A stretch of DNA of 64,000 bases from Eledone cirrhosa (taxonomy: Eukaryota), in NCBI GenBank assembly GCA_964016885.1, contig OZ024741.1, forward strand, positions 135,656,001 through 135,720,000. The letters are read 5' to 3'. Both the position numbers and the translations under genes were made by a program. Under the pieces are notes generated by a model. It did not search any database. It had not been told where the DNA came from and saw nothing but the letters and a program-made list of their open reading frames with translations. Shown here piece after piece: positions 41,439-55,512 of the stretch; the stretch's first letter is position 1, and each line of letters opens with the position of its first letter.

Positions 41439-41600
41439 GGCCCTAAGGCTACCTCCTTACTCACCACCATAGGCACTGACTTGGCAAGCGGCAGGTGTGG
41501 GCTACGCGAGATGGAATAGCTTATCCAGCGCATCTCGATCACCATCCTCCGGGGAAACGCCTTCTCCATTCTGACTGCCGGAGCCGTTGGGCAGCCAGCA
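41439..41600 (+). pseudogene. CRE-like non-LTR retrotransposon RLE C-terminal fragment
   Basis: GPKATSLLTTIGTDLA...REME*LIQRISITILRGNAFSIL, matching the QRxSxxxxRGNA motif. Confidence 0.75.
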
Positions 41601-42182
41601 CGTAGGACACCATTTGCTCACAATAGTGGGAGATGGGGAGGGCGAGAGAGATGGAGGCGATGACAGTGGGAGTTCGGCTCCTCTCTATTCGGACCTGGTG
41701 TACGTATGGGTGTATGTATCTTTGCTTCTATTTATTCGATATGACATACAAATATATATAATTCTTCCACTTCATCACACAGCTCTCGAGTGCTACTGGT
41801 AACATGTAACCCAGTACAACCTATCTCATGGTCAGGTTGTCGGCGATATCAGCCCCCTCACTAAGGAAGCTTGGTGAGGAGGCTGATATTTGGACACCTT
41901 GCGGGATGAAATACAGGACCATCCAAATAATATATATTTCTTTTTTATACGGAGAAGTTAAACTCCGAGGGGTGTCGTTGTATTTTCCGTTGGCAAACAT
42001 TTGCACCGAAGATATGTATCGTCAGTTCCAAAACGTGTGGTTGGTCCTACACGAGCTAAAACCACTTAAAAAAACAACAACTTTGTATGGGTAGTTCAAC
42101 ATCAGTTCACTTTCTCACATCAACTTTTGTTGGACACTCATACGTCGGATATCGACGGGAGAGTCCATCATATATATATATA

Positions 42183-42569
42183 TTTCCTTTCTTTGATTCG
42201 TCAGTGACATTATTGAAAAGATGACATTATTGGAAAAATGAGAGGGACAAAAAAGAAACTACTATCATGACTACACACCTCTCTATCTATACACAAGAAT
42301 TCATCCTCCAGTGCGCGTCTGAGAAAGGAAGATGGGAAAAAACTTACTCCAACACTTAATTTTTAGTTTTTAATTCCTATTAATTCTTTTTAATTGTAAT
42401 ACTCAACATTTGATAAGAGGAATTTTAATAATACATCGAAACTGATAATACTTTATATACTTTATATAATTTATACATTATAAATTTTTTTTTAAAGAAT
42501 TGTCCCTCTCATCTCTTCAATAATGTCACCTTTTCAATAATGTCAATTTGACGAATCAAAGTAAGGAAA
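42183..42569. mobile_element. ~390-bp element with ~68-bp terminal inverted repeats
   Basis: 42183-42250 is the reverse complement of 42500-42569. It could be a MITE or another double-3'-end PLE cassette. Confidence 0.7.
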
Positions 42570-42619
42570 AATAAGAAAAACAGACCCTAAAATAAATTTT
42601 CCGTGCTATTTCCAACTTC

Positions 42620-42687
<68 letters not shown>

Positions 42688-42708
42688 CTCCCTCTCTCTC
42701 TCTCCCCT

Positions 42709-42782
<74 letters not shown>

Positions 42783-42787
<5 letters not shown>

Positions 42788-42983
42788 AAGTATGACCCCG
42801 ACGGCAGAGCTCAAGCCGTTTCGACGGCTATTTCTAGACTATTTCAGCCCAGAAATAGCCGTCGAAACGGCTTCAGCTCTGCCGTCGGGGTCATACTTTC
42901 TCCTATTACCCACTCTACTACCCTAAGTATTGAGTAGTCTGGTACGTTATCGTCCGTCTGGTTCCTTACCACAACTCCTTAGT

Positions 42984-42986
<3 letters not shown>
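42783..42986. mobile_element. Family F cassette, inverted pair in (TA)n (other pieces at 44540-44700, 22850-23040, 14645-14680)
   Basis: 42784-42834 is mirrored at 42850-42902. The right arm is longer. Confidence 0.8.
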
Positions 42987-43016
<30 letters not shown>

Positions 43017-43024
43017 ATATATAT

Positions 43025-43059
<35 letters not shown>

Positions 43060-43061
<2 letters not shown>

Positions 43062-43509
43062 TTCGTTTCTGAATTTGTTTAGCAAGATTCTTTATCTGAA
43101 AACGTGTGTTGAAACCGATATTGTTATACTTTGGGAGGGTCATCTTGCCAATAAGAAACACACGCACCATAAGTTTCACTCCAATTTATTATAAATTAAA
43201 GTATAAATTTAAAAAATTTATAAATTTCCGGTTGGAAATTTATAAATTTTTTATATTTAATGACGTAGGACAGAACAAAGGAAAGGCACAAAACAAACAA
43301 AAGAATCCCCGGTAACTGATGAGGTCACAGAATTCGTGACAAAATAACTTAGAACAATATATGAACAACCACTCGGTTGTGGAACCAACCAACCAGCCGG
43401 AAATTTATACATTTTTTAAATTTATAATTTAATTTATAATAAATTGGAGTGAAAGCAACTGGTGCGTGTGTTTCTTATTGGCGAGATGACCCTCCCAAAG
43501 TATAACAAT
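43060..43509. mobile_element. Family C head-to-head pair in (TA)n with decayed HHR (~43312-43355)
   Basis: Minus-strand tail at 43060-43245; plus-strand HHR and tail at 43261-43509. Confidence 0.88.
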
Positions 43510-43790
43510 ATATATATATATATATATACATATATATACCATTGTGTGTGTAATTCATCAGAATATATTAGATGTCAACATGCACACAGTAGAGAAAAAC
43601 ATGAATAGGAGACAAGCAAGGAGATAAAAATTGCTACATTGTTCATAGATTTTGTTTTTCTTTTCAACCATAGTTATTTTTACATTTAATACATCACCAC
43701 ACTCCACCGGGTTTCTTGTTTATATACCAACATACATGCATGCAAAGAAAACAGACAGGCAGAAAGACAGACATATACAATGAAACACAC

Positions 43791-43842
<52 letters not shown>

Positions 43843-44133
43843 GTATATATATATATGTCGTATGTGCGTGTTTATATATATGTATATTTGTTCATACATA
43901 CATATATGCATACATACACACTCATACACACACACACACACACACATATATACATATATATATATATATACATATATATATGTATATATCATATATACAT
44001 CTATATATACATATATATACATATATATATACATATATATACATATATACATATATATACATATATACATATATACACATATATACATACAAACAAATAT
44101 ATACACACATATATATATATACACGCATATATA

Positions 44134-44390
44134 TATCAACATACGTTAACCTTGGTCTTCCTCTTCTAGTGTGTCCATGTAGGGGCTCCCAAAGGAGCAC
44201 TGAGTGCAATGTCAACTCTGGATGTCGGTGAGCCTGTCCAGCTAACCTCAGTCTCCTCTGTGTCACTTTTGAGCTGACTTTTGGGATGCTCCCATACAAC
44301 TCTGAGTTTTTCATCCTCAGTGTATACTGATTAACGTTCAGAGCCATCCTCAGCATTCTCGTGTAGTACCCATCCACCATCTGCCCTAAA
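44134..44390 (-). pseudogene. RTE-clade LINE C-terminal fragment
   Basis: DGYYTRMLRMALNV...NSELYG...RRLRLAG...LLWEP...[10 protein letters not shown]. Confidence 0.85.
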
Positions 44391-44494
44391 GACAGACACT
44401 GGTCTGTTGGAGACACAGGACATGGCAGCGATAATGAGGGACAGAGACCGCTGGAGAGAACTCGTCCATGGATCTCGGGAATTTTACCCGCCTT

Positions 44495-44542
<48 letters not shown>

Positions 44543-44748
44543 TCTACTACGCTAAGTATTGAGTACTCTGTTGCGTTATGGTCCATATGGTTCCTTACCA
44601 CAACTCCTTCGTTATATATATATATAGCGTAGTAGAGTGGGTAATAGGAAAATGTATGACCCCGACGACAGAGCTCAAGCCGTTTCGACGGCTATTTCCC
44701 TGATGATTTCTCACTAATGAAACAGTTCTAGTCCTGTAGAAGCTCTTC

Positions 44749-44861
<113 letters not shown>

Positions 44862-44870
44862 ATAATAATA

Positions 44871-44905
<35 letters not shown>

Positions 44906-45676
44906 GAATATCTGTGCGATACCTTTACCGTTAGCGTTATTATCAGGACGTCATCTATGTACTTTCAAAATTCATCGGTATCCCAGCAACGCTTTTTCTA
45001 GTTTCTTCTTGACACTATTTTCAATGCCATTGTTCTTTATATGTGAAGTATTTTAAATAGAGACCCATACTCTACATACACTTATCCGCTCTTTCTTTCC
45101 TTCTTTCTTTGTATCTCTATGTTTTCAGAATGATGACCATAAACCATAAAATATTCTCGATTAAGATAAGATGATTATTCATATTATAATGACATTCACT
45201 ACTAAAGTTGAGAACAACCAAAGGATCAGAAGGAAGTGGGGGAGGACATAAATAATGAACAATGAGCCCATCAAATGTAAAAGGCTCCTTTCACTGATAT
45301 AGAAAAGTATGTACCACAGAAGAATATCATAAAAATAAACCCAAAACAAATGGAAAACGAAACAAAACAAAGAGATACAAAGACATTTTTGAAAGCTTTA
45401 AAATGAATGATTTTCACTTCAAATTTCCATATCTGTAATACGATACAATGATATGTCGTGGCAATTTATCTGTCAAACTTAATCTTCAGAACAGTTTTAT
45501 AAATAAAAAATATAATTGTAATATTTTGTATAGATTGTGGGTTGATAAAAAATATATCACTCAACAAGAATAATACGGCATAAAAGATATTTATATTGTA
45601 CACCATAGAATGCATAACCGAATATAAGGCATATATATATATATATATATATAGCGAGAGAGAGAGAGAGAGAGAG

Positions 45677-46670
45677 GTAGAACACTGTAAGGTAATATCC
45701 GTAGAGGTAGAGCACTCAGTCCATGGGACGAGTTAGGTAGAAGTGGTTACACAACAGTTTTTCACCATACGGAGAACAATTGTTTCACCTTAGCGGATCG
45801 TCAGCTCGTAATAGAGATGGTTATACGGAACAGGAAGGACAACGAACGCGCATGCGCAGAAACGATCACTTCACACAGGCAAACTAAAATGCGTGAGAGA
45901 GGTGTAAGGGAGATAACTGCGAAAGTCCGAAAAGTTTCTAGTTGATAAGAAAATTAGGATGTTGTTGTAATTCAATCCGGAGCTTTGTAGTTATGTAAGA
46001 GGTGTTTCCAGACGCGTGGACAACGTGTGAAGAATTTATTTCTCGTGTTTAGGCAATCACTATTGCGTAATCTCTTTAGAATATGTATTCGTTCATCAAT
46101 ACATAGTCAACACGACGGATTGCCCTTTGCGTATGGCTTGGACTTAGTGGTGGCTTTCCATTGAATGGAGTAGTCTATACTTGAGTCCTTGAGGGACCAT
46201 ACGTCGCTCGCGAGTTTCGTGGATGAACGTATGTCCGGGTAATTAAAGGTCGACTGGTGGTTCAGGAAGCGTTCCTTAAATCGGCCCTCCGCCATACCCA
46301 CATAGGATTTGACCTCCTGTGGTTGATTTGGTCGGTTGGAAGTGACCACAGCTTCATAAACTACAGCGGGTGTGTTGCATTGCTGTTGAAGGGAACAAGC
46401 TTCAGGCTTACGGCAAGAGCACCCTGGTGGGGTGTTGCTCTTAGAGATGTTTGTGATGTGGGCCTTCATTTTCTTAGCGCAGGCGTATCCTAGTTTAACT
46501 TTGTGTCGGTTAAAGATGGAGCGGTATTTATGACCTATGGGAAAGTGTCTATCTAAGAGGGCTAGACATTTTTTGCCCACATTGATTTTAATGTTGAGTG
46601 AGAAGGGAGGAGAGAAGCAGATAGTTTGTCTATTGTTACGCTTTTTTCTTATTGCTAATGTAGGCAAAAA
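45677..46670 (-). mobile_element. Neptune-like PLE 3' fragment (linker + GIY-YIG + 3' UTR)
   Basis: FSPPFSLN, CSCRKPEACSLQQQC, VVY...YVGMAE, FKERFLNH, C*LC (premature stop at 46107). Confidence 0.88.
45772..45807 (-). ncRNA. Minimal hammerhead at PLE 3' end
   Basis: GAG-CTGACGA-TCC-gctaa-GGT-GAAA-CAATTG-TT-CTC. Stem III is palindromic and stem II is weak. Confidence 0.7.
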
Positions 46671-47137
46671 TTTATATATATATATATAAATGTAAATCCA
46701 AAGATTCATATATATATATATATATATGTAGATACATAGGTATCTTAAATGTACGTACATACATATAGACATACACTCACACACACACACAGGCGCACAC
46801 ACGCGCTCTTCTTCCGCTATATATATATATATATATATGTGTGTTTCGACGAAGGCGAATATTCTATTGAAAATTCTATTTATGATTGAAACTAATTATG
46901 TACAAGACCAATATTTAAAGTAGAACTCTTTGAACAAAATTCGTCTCTTGGCCATCCACTTTCAAAGATTATATATATATACACACATATATATATACAC
47001 AGACATATATTTATATATATATATATATATATATAATTGTGTGTGTGTATGTAAAAGGTAAACAGAAATAACAACACAATTGGTACAGTGTATGGAAGGG
47101 ATATATCAGGTTAACACTTGATATATCACGAGGAGGA

Positions 47138-47173
47138 TCTTGACGTTTCGGAGCCTAGTCCTTCATCAGAAGA
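47138..47173 (-). ncRNA. Minimal hammerhead, family E (cassette 47045-47235)
   Basis: TCTT-CTGATGA-A-GGA-ctaggc-TCC-GAAA-CG-TC-AAGA, with a GUC cleavage triplet. Confidence 0.8.
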
Positions 47174-47467
47174 AAGAATACGAAATAATATAGATTGAGG
47201 GGACGGATGGGTTGGAATTGGAAAAAAATGTCTTTATATATATATAAATATATAGATAAATAGATAGATAGATAGATAGATAGAAAGATAGATATACATA
47301 TGTATATATATATGTATATATGTATATATGCATAGATATATCTATATATATGTATATTATGTATATATATATATCTATATATATATAAATATGGCATTTG
47401 TATATATACACACACACACAAGCACACATCAACACACATAGATACACACACACACACATAGATACTC

Positions 47468-47513
<46 letters not shown>

Positions 47514-48162
47514 TCTTGTCTTTGTATGATCAGAATATATATCTACAACTGTGTAAACAATAACTAAGTCAGTAATTATACCTAGTTTCTTTAATTAAAC
47601 TTCACGACATAAATCTCTAAACAACGTTTTACCTAAACTGTTTCTATCTTGAGATAATAGTACACAGCCGAAATTGAATATATTTCTCCAGTCAAAGACA
47701 ATGTTACGAACTACAATCGCTTACTACAAAGACGCCTACGTTTCCATGTCTATATGCTATTTACTGTACAAAATATGAGCAATAATAGTGCATTTGATGG
47801 CGTCTCATTATCATCAATAAATCTATGCTACCGCGTTTACCCTGTCAAGAGTTTGGATGGGAATAAATTGTTCTGGATTTACAGACGTCTATTCTTTTAA
47901 TTCTTCTTCTTCTTCTTCTTCTTCTTCTTCTTCTTCTTCTTCTTCTTCTTCTTCTTCTTCTTCTTCTTCTTCTTCTTCTTCTTCTTCTTCTTCTTCTTCT
48001 TCTTCTTCTTCTTCAGGGACGGTTATAGTAATGGAGTATAATTATATTCTCGTCAGTTTCTTTCTGTTGTCGATGCACTTATTATTCTGGATCCAGTCTT
48101 GTAATCAATATAATTGTAGTATCGTCATCTTTATTGTTGCTGTTGCTGTTGTTGTTGTTGTC

Positions 48163-48259
<97 letters not shown>

Positions 48260-48268
48260 TTATTATTG

Positions 48269-51200
48269 TTCTTTGAGTCTCAGTCATTGATGTTAGTTAA
48301 CTGGAAAGTTTGTTGAAATGAATATCAAGCCACTACCTGCAGCCTCAGATATTCAGGACGTATCGGAGGGTTCTTGCTGTTCCCAGCAAGCATGCCTTTT
48401 GAAGCGTTCCAAAAAGCGTGAAGGGGCCAATTTTCTTTAACCATCCCTGGAAACTTTTTGAGATAGTCCCTAGTGCGCCTATGACAATCGGGATCACTTT
48501 GACTTCATGGCAGTTCCAAATCCTTTTTACCTCCCACTATAAGTCCTGGTATCGGTTAATTTTCTCCCTCTCCTTCTCTTGCACTCTCGTGTCGAATGGG
48601 CAGGCCACATCCACAATCAGGCACGATCTTTTTTCTTTGTCCACAACCACCAGGTCAGGTCTATTTTGTTCCAGTTTCTTGTCCGTCTGTATCCTAAAAT
48701 CCCACAGCACCTTCACCTGATCGTTTCCTATCACCGCCTCTGGCTTATGTTCATACCACTTCTCAGAATGTGGTAAATTGTTTACTTTGCATAGGTGCCA
48801 GTGGATCACCCTGCCCATCAGATCATGTCTCCAGCCCTTATAGTGAGTCTGGGCTAGGTGTTTACACTCGGATACGATGTGAGCCACAGTCTCCTCTCTC
48901 TCTCCACAGATCCTGCACAGTGGGCTAGCCCCCTCCATGTAAATGTGGTGTTTCAACCACTTCGTTTTGAGGGTCTGCTCCTGCGCAGCCATTAACATTC
49001 CTTTTGTAGCCTTTTTAAGGTCTCCTCTTTTCGACCAGTTCCATGTCTGTGGATCTCTAAATTCAGTTTTCTCAAAGAAGGTAATATAAAGGGATTGTTC
49101 CTGAAGGCTGCTCTTTCTCCTTGATGTTATTTCCTCCTTGGACATCCCCTGGCCTATTGTCCCTTCTTTCAGTACAGTTCTGAGCATTGGCTCCTTACTA
49201 TCAGTCACGTATTTGTGTAGGTTGTTTTTCTCCATCTGAACACAGTCCTCTATGCTGATAAGACCTCTTCCACCCTCAGAACTCCTTAAGTAGAGTCTAT
49301 AGACATCACTCCTCTTGTGGAACATATTGTAGATAGTCAATAACTTCCTAGTCTTCCTATCCATTTATTTTTGTTCAGCAACATTCCATCTCAGAATTCC
49401 AGCACTGTACCTAATAATAGACACAGCTCGGGAATTTACTGCACTTATGGCATTCCTACTGTTCAGATGTGACTTTAATACGCTCCTTACTCTCCGAAGG
49501 TATTCAGTTCTTATCAATTCCTTCATTTTTTTGTTCTTGATGTCATCAGCCTCCAGAACGCCCAAATACTTGTATCCTTCCTCAGAGTCAATTTCTTTTA
49601 TCATCTCACCTGTTGGTATCTGAATTCCGTTACTTCTGCTCAACTTACCCCTCCTCATCACAATGACTCCACACTTACTAATACCAAATTGCATACATAT
49701 ATCATTGCTGAAAATACGGACAGTGTCAACAAGCACATCCAACTCCTTCTCACTCTTCCCGAAGAGCTTAATATCGTCCATGAAGAGGAGGTGATTGATG
49801 GTAAGCCCTCCCTTTCCCAACCTGTATCCTGCTCTCACTTTTCGCAGTACACTGGTCAGGGGCATCAGGGCAAGGACAAACAACAGAGGCGACAGACTAT
49901 CTCCCTGGAAGATACCTCTCTTGATCTTCACGCTTCCCAAGGATTCTCCAGTTGATGTTAACTCTGTTTCCCAGGACTTCATACTTTTGCCCAACAACTG
50001 CCTGATGTTATCTGCCACCTTGAAGATCTCCAGGCTTTTGGTGATCCAAGAATGAGGCACCATGTCAAATGCCTTTTTGTAGTCTATCCATCCCATGGCA
50101 AGACCAGTGTGATCCTCTAGCAATTCCTCATTACCATCTTATCAATAAGTAACTGGTCCTTTGTACCACGTGACTTCTTTCGGCATCATTTCTGTTCGTC
50201 CGGTAACAAGTTGTTTGTGTGGAGGTGATGGTAGATTTCCTCAGACATAATGCTTGTCAACAGTTTCCACATTACGGACAGACATGTGATAGGTCTATAG
50301 TTGGTAACATCATTACCCTTGATTCGGTCTTTCATTATCAGAACTGTGGTACCTTTTGTCAACCACTCTGGTACCTCACCTGACATCAAGCAGTCATTGA
50401 ACATGGTTGTCAGTTTCGGGTGGAGGGATGTTATGTTTTTAATCCAATACCCCTGCACACCATCTGGGCCAGGTGATTTCCAGTTGGTTAGTTTTTTGGC
50501 CTGCCCCTTAAGAGTTTCAACTGTGATACTCAAATCAGTTTGTTGGTGTGCCTGTTCACTGATCTCCTTCTGTACTGTCTCAATCCACACTGCCTGGTCA
50601 TTATGTTTAACATCCTGCTCCCATATTCCTCTCCAGAATGTCTTAGTTTGTTCCGCCTCAGGGGTCAAGTCGTTGCCTCTTTCTTTCCCTTCAAGCTGTC
50701 CAAACAGCATCTTCTGGTTGTTGTCGAACATGCGGTTCTGTCTATACTGGCTGACTCTGTTCTCGTATCGCCTGATTTTTGCACTCTTTGCTACAATGCG
50801 TTGCTTCAGTTCCTCTATGATAATATTTAGCTTTTTCCTCCTAGTTTTGTACTTTATTTCCAGTCTATTTTTAGTGTCTATGTTTTTTAGTGTCCCATTC
50901 AGTAGGGACTCAAGCTTTCCAATGTCATTTCTCATTTCCGTGATTTGACCACTCAGTCGTTTCTTCCACCAAGGCTCTGCTCTTTCTTGTCTGTTGTTTC
51001 CTCTCGCTTTTATACCAAGTAGTTTCCTCACCGTATTTGCTGTTGCTTTGAGGATATTGTTGCACTGGTGAAGGTTCCTCGCCTCAAGGTTTGGGATGAC
51101 TCTGTTTACCTTAGCTGTTGTTTCTTTTAACTTTTTCCTGTCTACAAATCTTAGGTTCATAGGTCTCCCACTATCATTGTTCAATTCATCTACCACTAAG

Positions 51201-51201
<1 letters not shown>
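48269..51201 (-). mobile_element. R4/Dong-like RLE LINE copy 1 (5'-truncated, disrupted)
   Basis: RT motifs WKSPGPDG, YRPITCL, DYKKAFD, QGDSLSP, FMDD; CCHC CRIC...HIVSEC; RLE NRPD...DVACP. Flanked by (TAA)n on both sides. Contains stops and a frameshift. Confidence 0.93.
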
Positions 51202-51233
<32 letters not shown>

Positions 51234-52690
51234 GTTGTTATTCCTTGAATCTCAGTCATTGATGTTGGTTAACTGGAAAGTCCGTTGGATTGAATATCAA
51301 GCTACTACCTGCAGCCTCACATATTCAGGACGTATCGGAGGGTTCTTGCTGTTCCAAGCAAGCATGCCTTTTGAAGCGTTCCAAAAAGCGTGAAGGGGCC
51401 GATTTTCTTTAACCATCCCTGGAAACTTTTGGAGATAGTCCCCAGTGCGCCTATGACAATCGGGATCACTTTGACTTCATGGCAGTTCCAAATCCTTTTC
51501 ACCTCCCACTTTAGGTCCTGGTATCGGTTAATTTTCTCCCTCTCCTTCTCTTGCACTCTCGTGTCGAAGGGGCAGGCCACATCCACAATCAGACACGATC
51601 TTTTTTCTTTGTCCACAAACACCAGGTCAGGTCTATTGTGTTCCAGTTTTTTGTCCGTCTGTATCCTAAAATCCCACAGCACCTTCACCTGATTGTTCTC
51701 CATCACCGCCTCTGGCCTATGCTCATACCATTTCTCAGAATGTGGTAAATTGTTTACTTAGCACAGGTGCCAGTGGATCACCCTGCCCATCACATCGTGT
51801 CTCCAGCCCTTATAGTGGGTCTGGGCTAGGTGTTTACACTCGGACACAATGTGAGCCACAGTCTCCTCTCTCTCTCCACAGATCCTGCACAGTGGGCTAG
51901 CCTCCTCCTTGTAAATATGGTGCTTCAACCACTTCGTTTTGAGGGCCTGCTCCTGCGCAGTCATTAGCATTCCTTCTGTAGCCTTTTTGAGGTCTCCTCT
52001 TCTCAACCAGTTCCATGTCTGTGGATCTCTAAATTCAGTTTTCTCAAAGAAGGTACTAAGAAGGGATTTTCCCTTAAGGCTGCTCTTCCTCCTTGATGTT
52101 ATTTCCTCCTTGGACATCCCCTGGCCTACTGTCCTCTCCTTCAGTACAGCTCTGAGCATTGGCTCCTTACTATAGGTCACGTATTTGTATAGCTTGTTTT
52201 TCTCCATCTGAACACAGTCCTCTATGCTGATAAGACCTCTTCCACCCTCAGATCTCCTTAGGTAGAGTCTATCGACATCACTCCTCTTGTGGAACATGTT
52301 GTAGATAGTCAATAGCTTCCTAGTCTTCCTATCCATTTATTTTTGTTCAGCAACATTCCATCTCAGAATTCCCGCACTGTACCTAATAATAGACACAGCT
52401 CGGGAATTTACTGCGCTTATGGCATTTCTGCTGTTCAGATGTGACTTCAATACGCTCCTTACTCTCCGAATGTATTCAGTTCTTAACAATTCCTTCATTT
52501 TTTTGTTCTTTATGCCATCAGCCTCCAGAACGCCCAAATACTTGTATCCTTCCTCAGGGTCAATTTCCTTTATCATCTCACCTGTTGGTATCTGGATCCC
52601 GTTACTTCTGCTCAACCTACCCCTCCTCATCACAATGACTCCACATTTACCAATACCAAACTGCATACATATATCACTGCTGAAAATACT
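51234..52690 (-). mobile_element. R4/Dong-like LINE copy 2 (shorter 5' truncation)
   Basis: Close paralogue of the 3' half of copy 1 with the same 3' UTR. Flanked by (TAA)n. Confidence 0.93.
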
Positions 52691-52693
52691 ATT

Positions 52694-52783
<90 letters not shown>

Positions 52784-54440
52784 TGAAACTTACTTTGAAT
52801 TCTTCTTCTTTCCCAAATCATGACGTATGTTAACCTGGCACCTGAGGTAAACTGTGATAATGCACCCATTTTAAATCACGTTTTTAAATCGATAATGTCC
52901 TTCTCAGGACATGCATAGTGCTAGTCAGCACTATTTTCTGTATTTCTTGGAGAGATGGCTTTCCAGGTATCTGGTCCAAATATTTTTCAGTACCTTTTTC
53001 TATCATTCCAAGTGCACCGACTATCACTGGTATTGTACGGGCCTTAATATGCCACATTTTCTCAATTTCAGTTGATAGATCTTTATACTTACTAAACTTT
53101 CCGAACTCTTTCGAGGAGCTGTTACAATCTGATGGAATGCACATGTCAATTAAGAAATATATTTTCTCTATATGGTCCTTCACAATTATATCAGGTCTGT
53201 TGGCCTTGATTGCTCTGTCAGCATTCACAGGGAAATCCCAGAGGACTGTTACGTTCTCGCTTCCTATTACTATATGGTTGTACCATTTTACCTCCGATTT
53301 CAAACCATTAAACCTGCACATTACCCAATGTAAATATTGTCTCACTCTATCATGGCTAGTTTTATATTGCTATGGAGCATGAAACCAGGTGGTCAATGGC
53401 CTTAACGTGATCATCATAGAATCGATACTTTTTGGCAATTCTATTTCTGATCACTATGTCTTGAAAGTTGCGCGCTGGGAGACACTGGTCATGTGCAGCC
53501 AAAATGAAGCCCTCACTCTCTGTCTTTAGCCCAGAATTCCGCAGCCACTGATAGGCGAGTGCTTCATCTACAACAGGTTCTTTGCCACGGAGAATATACT
53601 ATCCATGCAGTGGTTTTCGCTCCCATTTAGTTCAGCCTCTGTTGGCCTTCATATTTTGCCAAGACTTTGCTATTGTTTGCGGATTTAATTGCAGAATCGC
53701 CATTGTTTTCAAACTGTATTCCAGTTCTTCCGCAAACGTCCTACTTTCTTTTGTGACTGAATATACCTTCTTCCTTTTGTGAAATGCAACGATTTTCATC
53801 ATCCAGTCATCTATAGTTTTAAGGTACTGATTCGGTCTAATGGGCAATATCTTGTATGAAAGCTCTAGATGTTAATTCCTCTACCTACATTTTGTCTAGG
53901 TAGATAGAGGAGATCCACATTTGATTTCGAGTGATGTATTCTATTATAGGTCAAAAGTTTCCTGATTTTGGTGTCTATTCTCTTAATTTCGTAAACGTTC
54001 CAATTTATAATATTGGAACCGTAGTGACAATAGGGATTGCAAGCGCATTCATGGCAGATAATTTATTTCTCGAGTTAAGTTCCATTTCCATGACAGCGCA
54101 TACTCTCAGGTAGCATTTCTTCCTGATTTTCTCCTTCATGCTGGTATGGTGAATACCTTGCCCTGCATTTATCCCTAGATATCTGTAGGTTTGTTCTTGT
54201 TCTAGTACCTTAATAACTGTATTCACATCTATTGAGTTTGTGCTTGTCATTCTGCTTTTCTTGAATGTTGCTTTGGCGCAATTTTTCTCTTGGTTTCCTA
54301 TTGCTGATATTGCATGCTGCTCTAACATGCCTTGAATATATATCATTGACGGTAAGGAGCCAATAGTCACATCGAAGCAATGGAACTATGTTTCCATTCG
54401 TGTTTGCTGATGCTACCTGCTGCTTTAACATATCTTGATA
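52784..54440 (-). mobile_element. Older, divergent R4/Dong-like LINE copy 3
   Basis: VLWDFPVNADRAIKANRPDII...IDMCIP...KFSKYKDL...PVIVGALG, with YRYLG and ELNSRNKLSAMN upstream. Many frameshifts. Confidence 0.88.
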
Positions 54441-55423
54441 GACTTTCCATTGCTATCCGTTGTTCTAACATACTTTAAATATATTCCATTAAAAAAAGGG
54501 ACCTGATCATTAGATCACATCAAGGAAACAATGTTTCAATTGATCTTTCCATTACTAATACTATCTGCTAGTACAACAAACCTTGAATATATATCAGTAA
54601 AGGAAAGCTGATTGTCAAATGAGACCAAGGCCTGTACGTTTCAGTTCGTCTTTCCATTTATTCTGAAGAAATCAGTGGGTACTCACAAACTTTCTCAACA
54701 TTTAGAATGTTTTCGTCAATTTGTGTGTAGCAGACGGACAAAAAGATTATAATAATAATTGATCTCTATCGTCATCGTTTCTAATGAAGAGCATTGCAGT
54801 TACATGATAAACTGAACAGCCACTCATGAAACTTATGTGTAAACGGCTGAGATTTTCATAGACACGTGTATTTGAAATATATTACACAGGAAGTTTCAGC
54901 GTATCACATTATGCGAAATGGCTGGGCCTTTGAGATACAAATTGGCAGCTGAGTGAATTGTAGCGACGTGAAATAATATGGAATTGAACTTCCGATATTA
55001 CGCTCGTAAAAAAAAAAAAACATCCTACGTACTTTCACGTAGTTATTATAATATAGATTATAACAGTGTTTCTTCATTTATTGCTTGAAATACATTGTTT
55101 GTATATAACATATCGGAAATATGGATATCAACTGATAACATCTCTGTGTTGATATAAATAAATCCTGGAATAGAAATCACAGGTTGCATCTTGTTTGGTT
55201 TTGCTGTGTCTTGATTGGTTTTGGTTGGTTGTCTGATCAGGGGATGTAAATTTGTTATAGCTCAAGAACATACTAAAGATTGTATCTTACACAGACGTAG
55301 ACATTTACAATAAATGCTTTCTCCTTCTCAAATCTTGTTGTAAATAGTATGGCGGCAACGAATTGATATTGTCGTTATAACTGTAGATAGAATGTTTTAA
55401 GTTATGTGTTACATCCCATTGTA

Positions 55424-55512
55424 CTCTGAGTTCAAATCTAACCGAGGTATACTTTGCTTTTTATCATTTCAAGTTCGATAAATAAAGTACCAGTTGAATA
55501 CTGGAGTCGATT
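55424..55512 (+). mobile_element. Diverged SINE fragment
   Basis: TCTGAGTTCAAATCT...ACTTTGCTTTTTATC...TCGATAAATAAAGTACCAG. Confidence 0.7.

Noticed and set aside
42812-42880. Hammerhead in family F (GAAACGGCTT; also CTGATGA at ~44700)
   Set aside because: Stem III is mismatched and no correctly placed core plus stem II could be built.
46101-46112. In-frame TGA in PLE C*LC as selenocysteine
   Set aside because: The TGA is at the variable x position of CxLC, not at a Cys, so CGA>TGA decay is more likely. The TGAs at 50186 and 61472 are also at non-Cys positions.
50301-50948. Long plus-strand ORF (and the antisense ORF 59076-59834)
   Set aside because: These are shadow ORFs opposite LINE coding regions.
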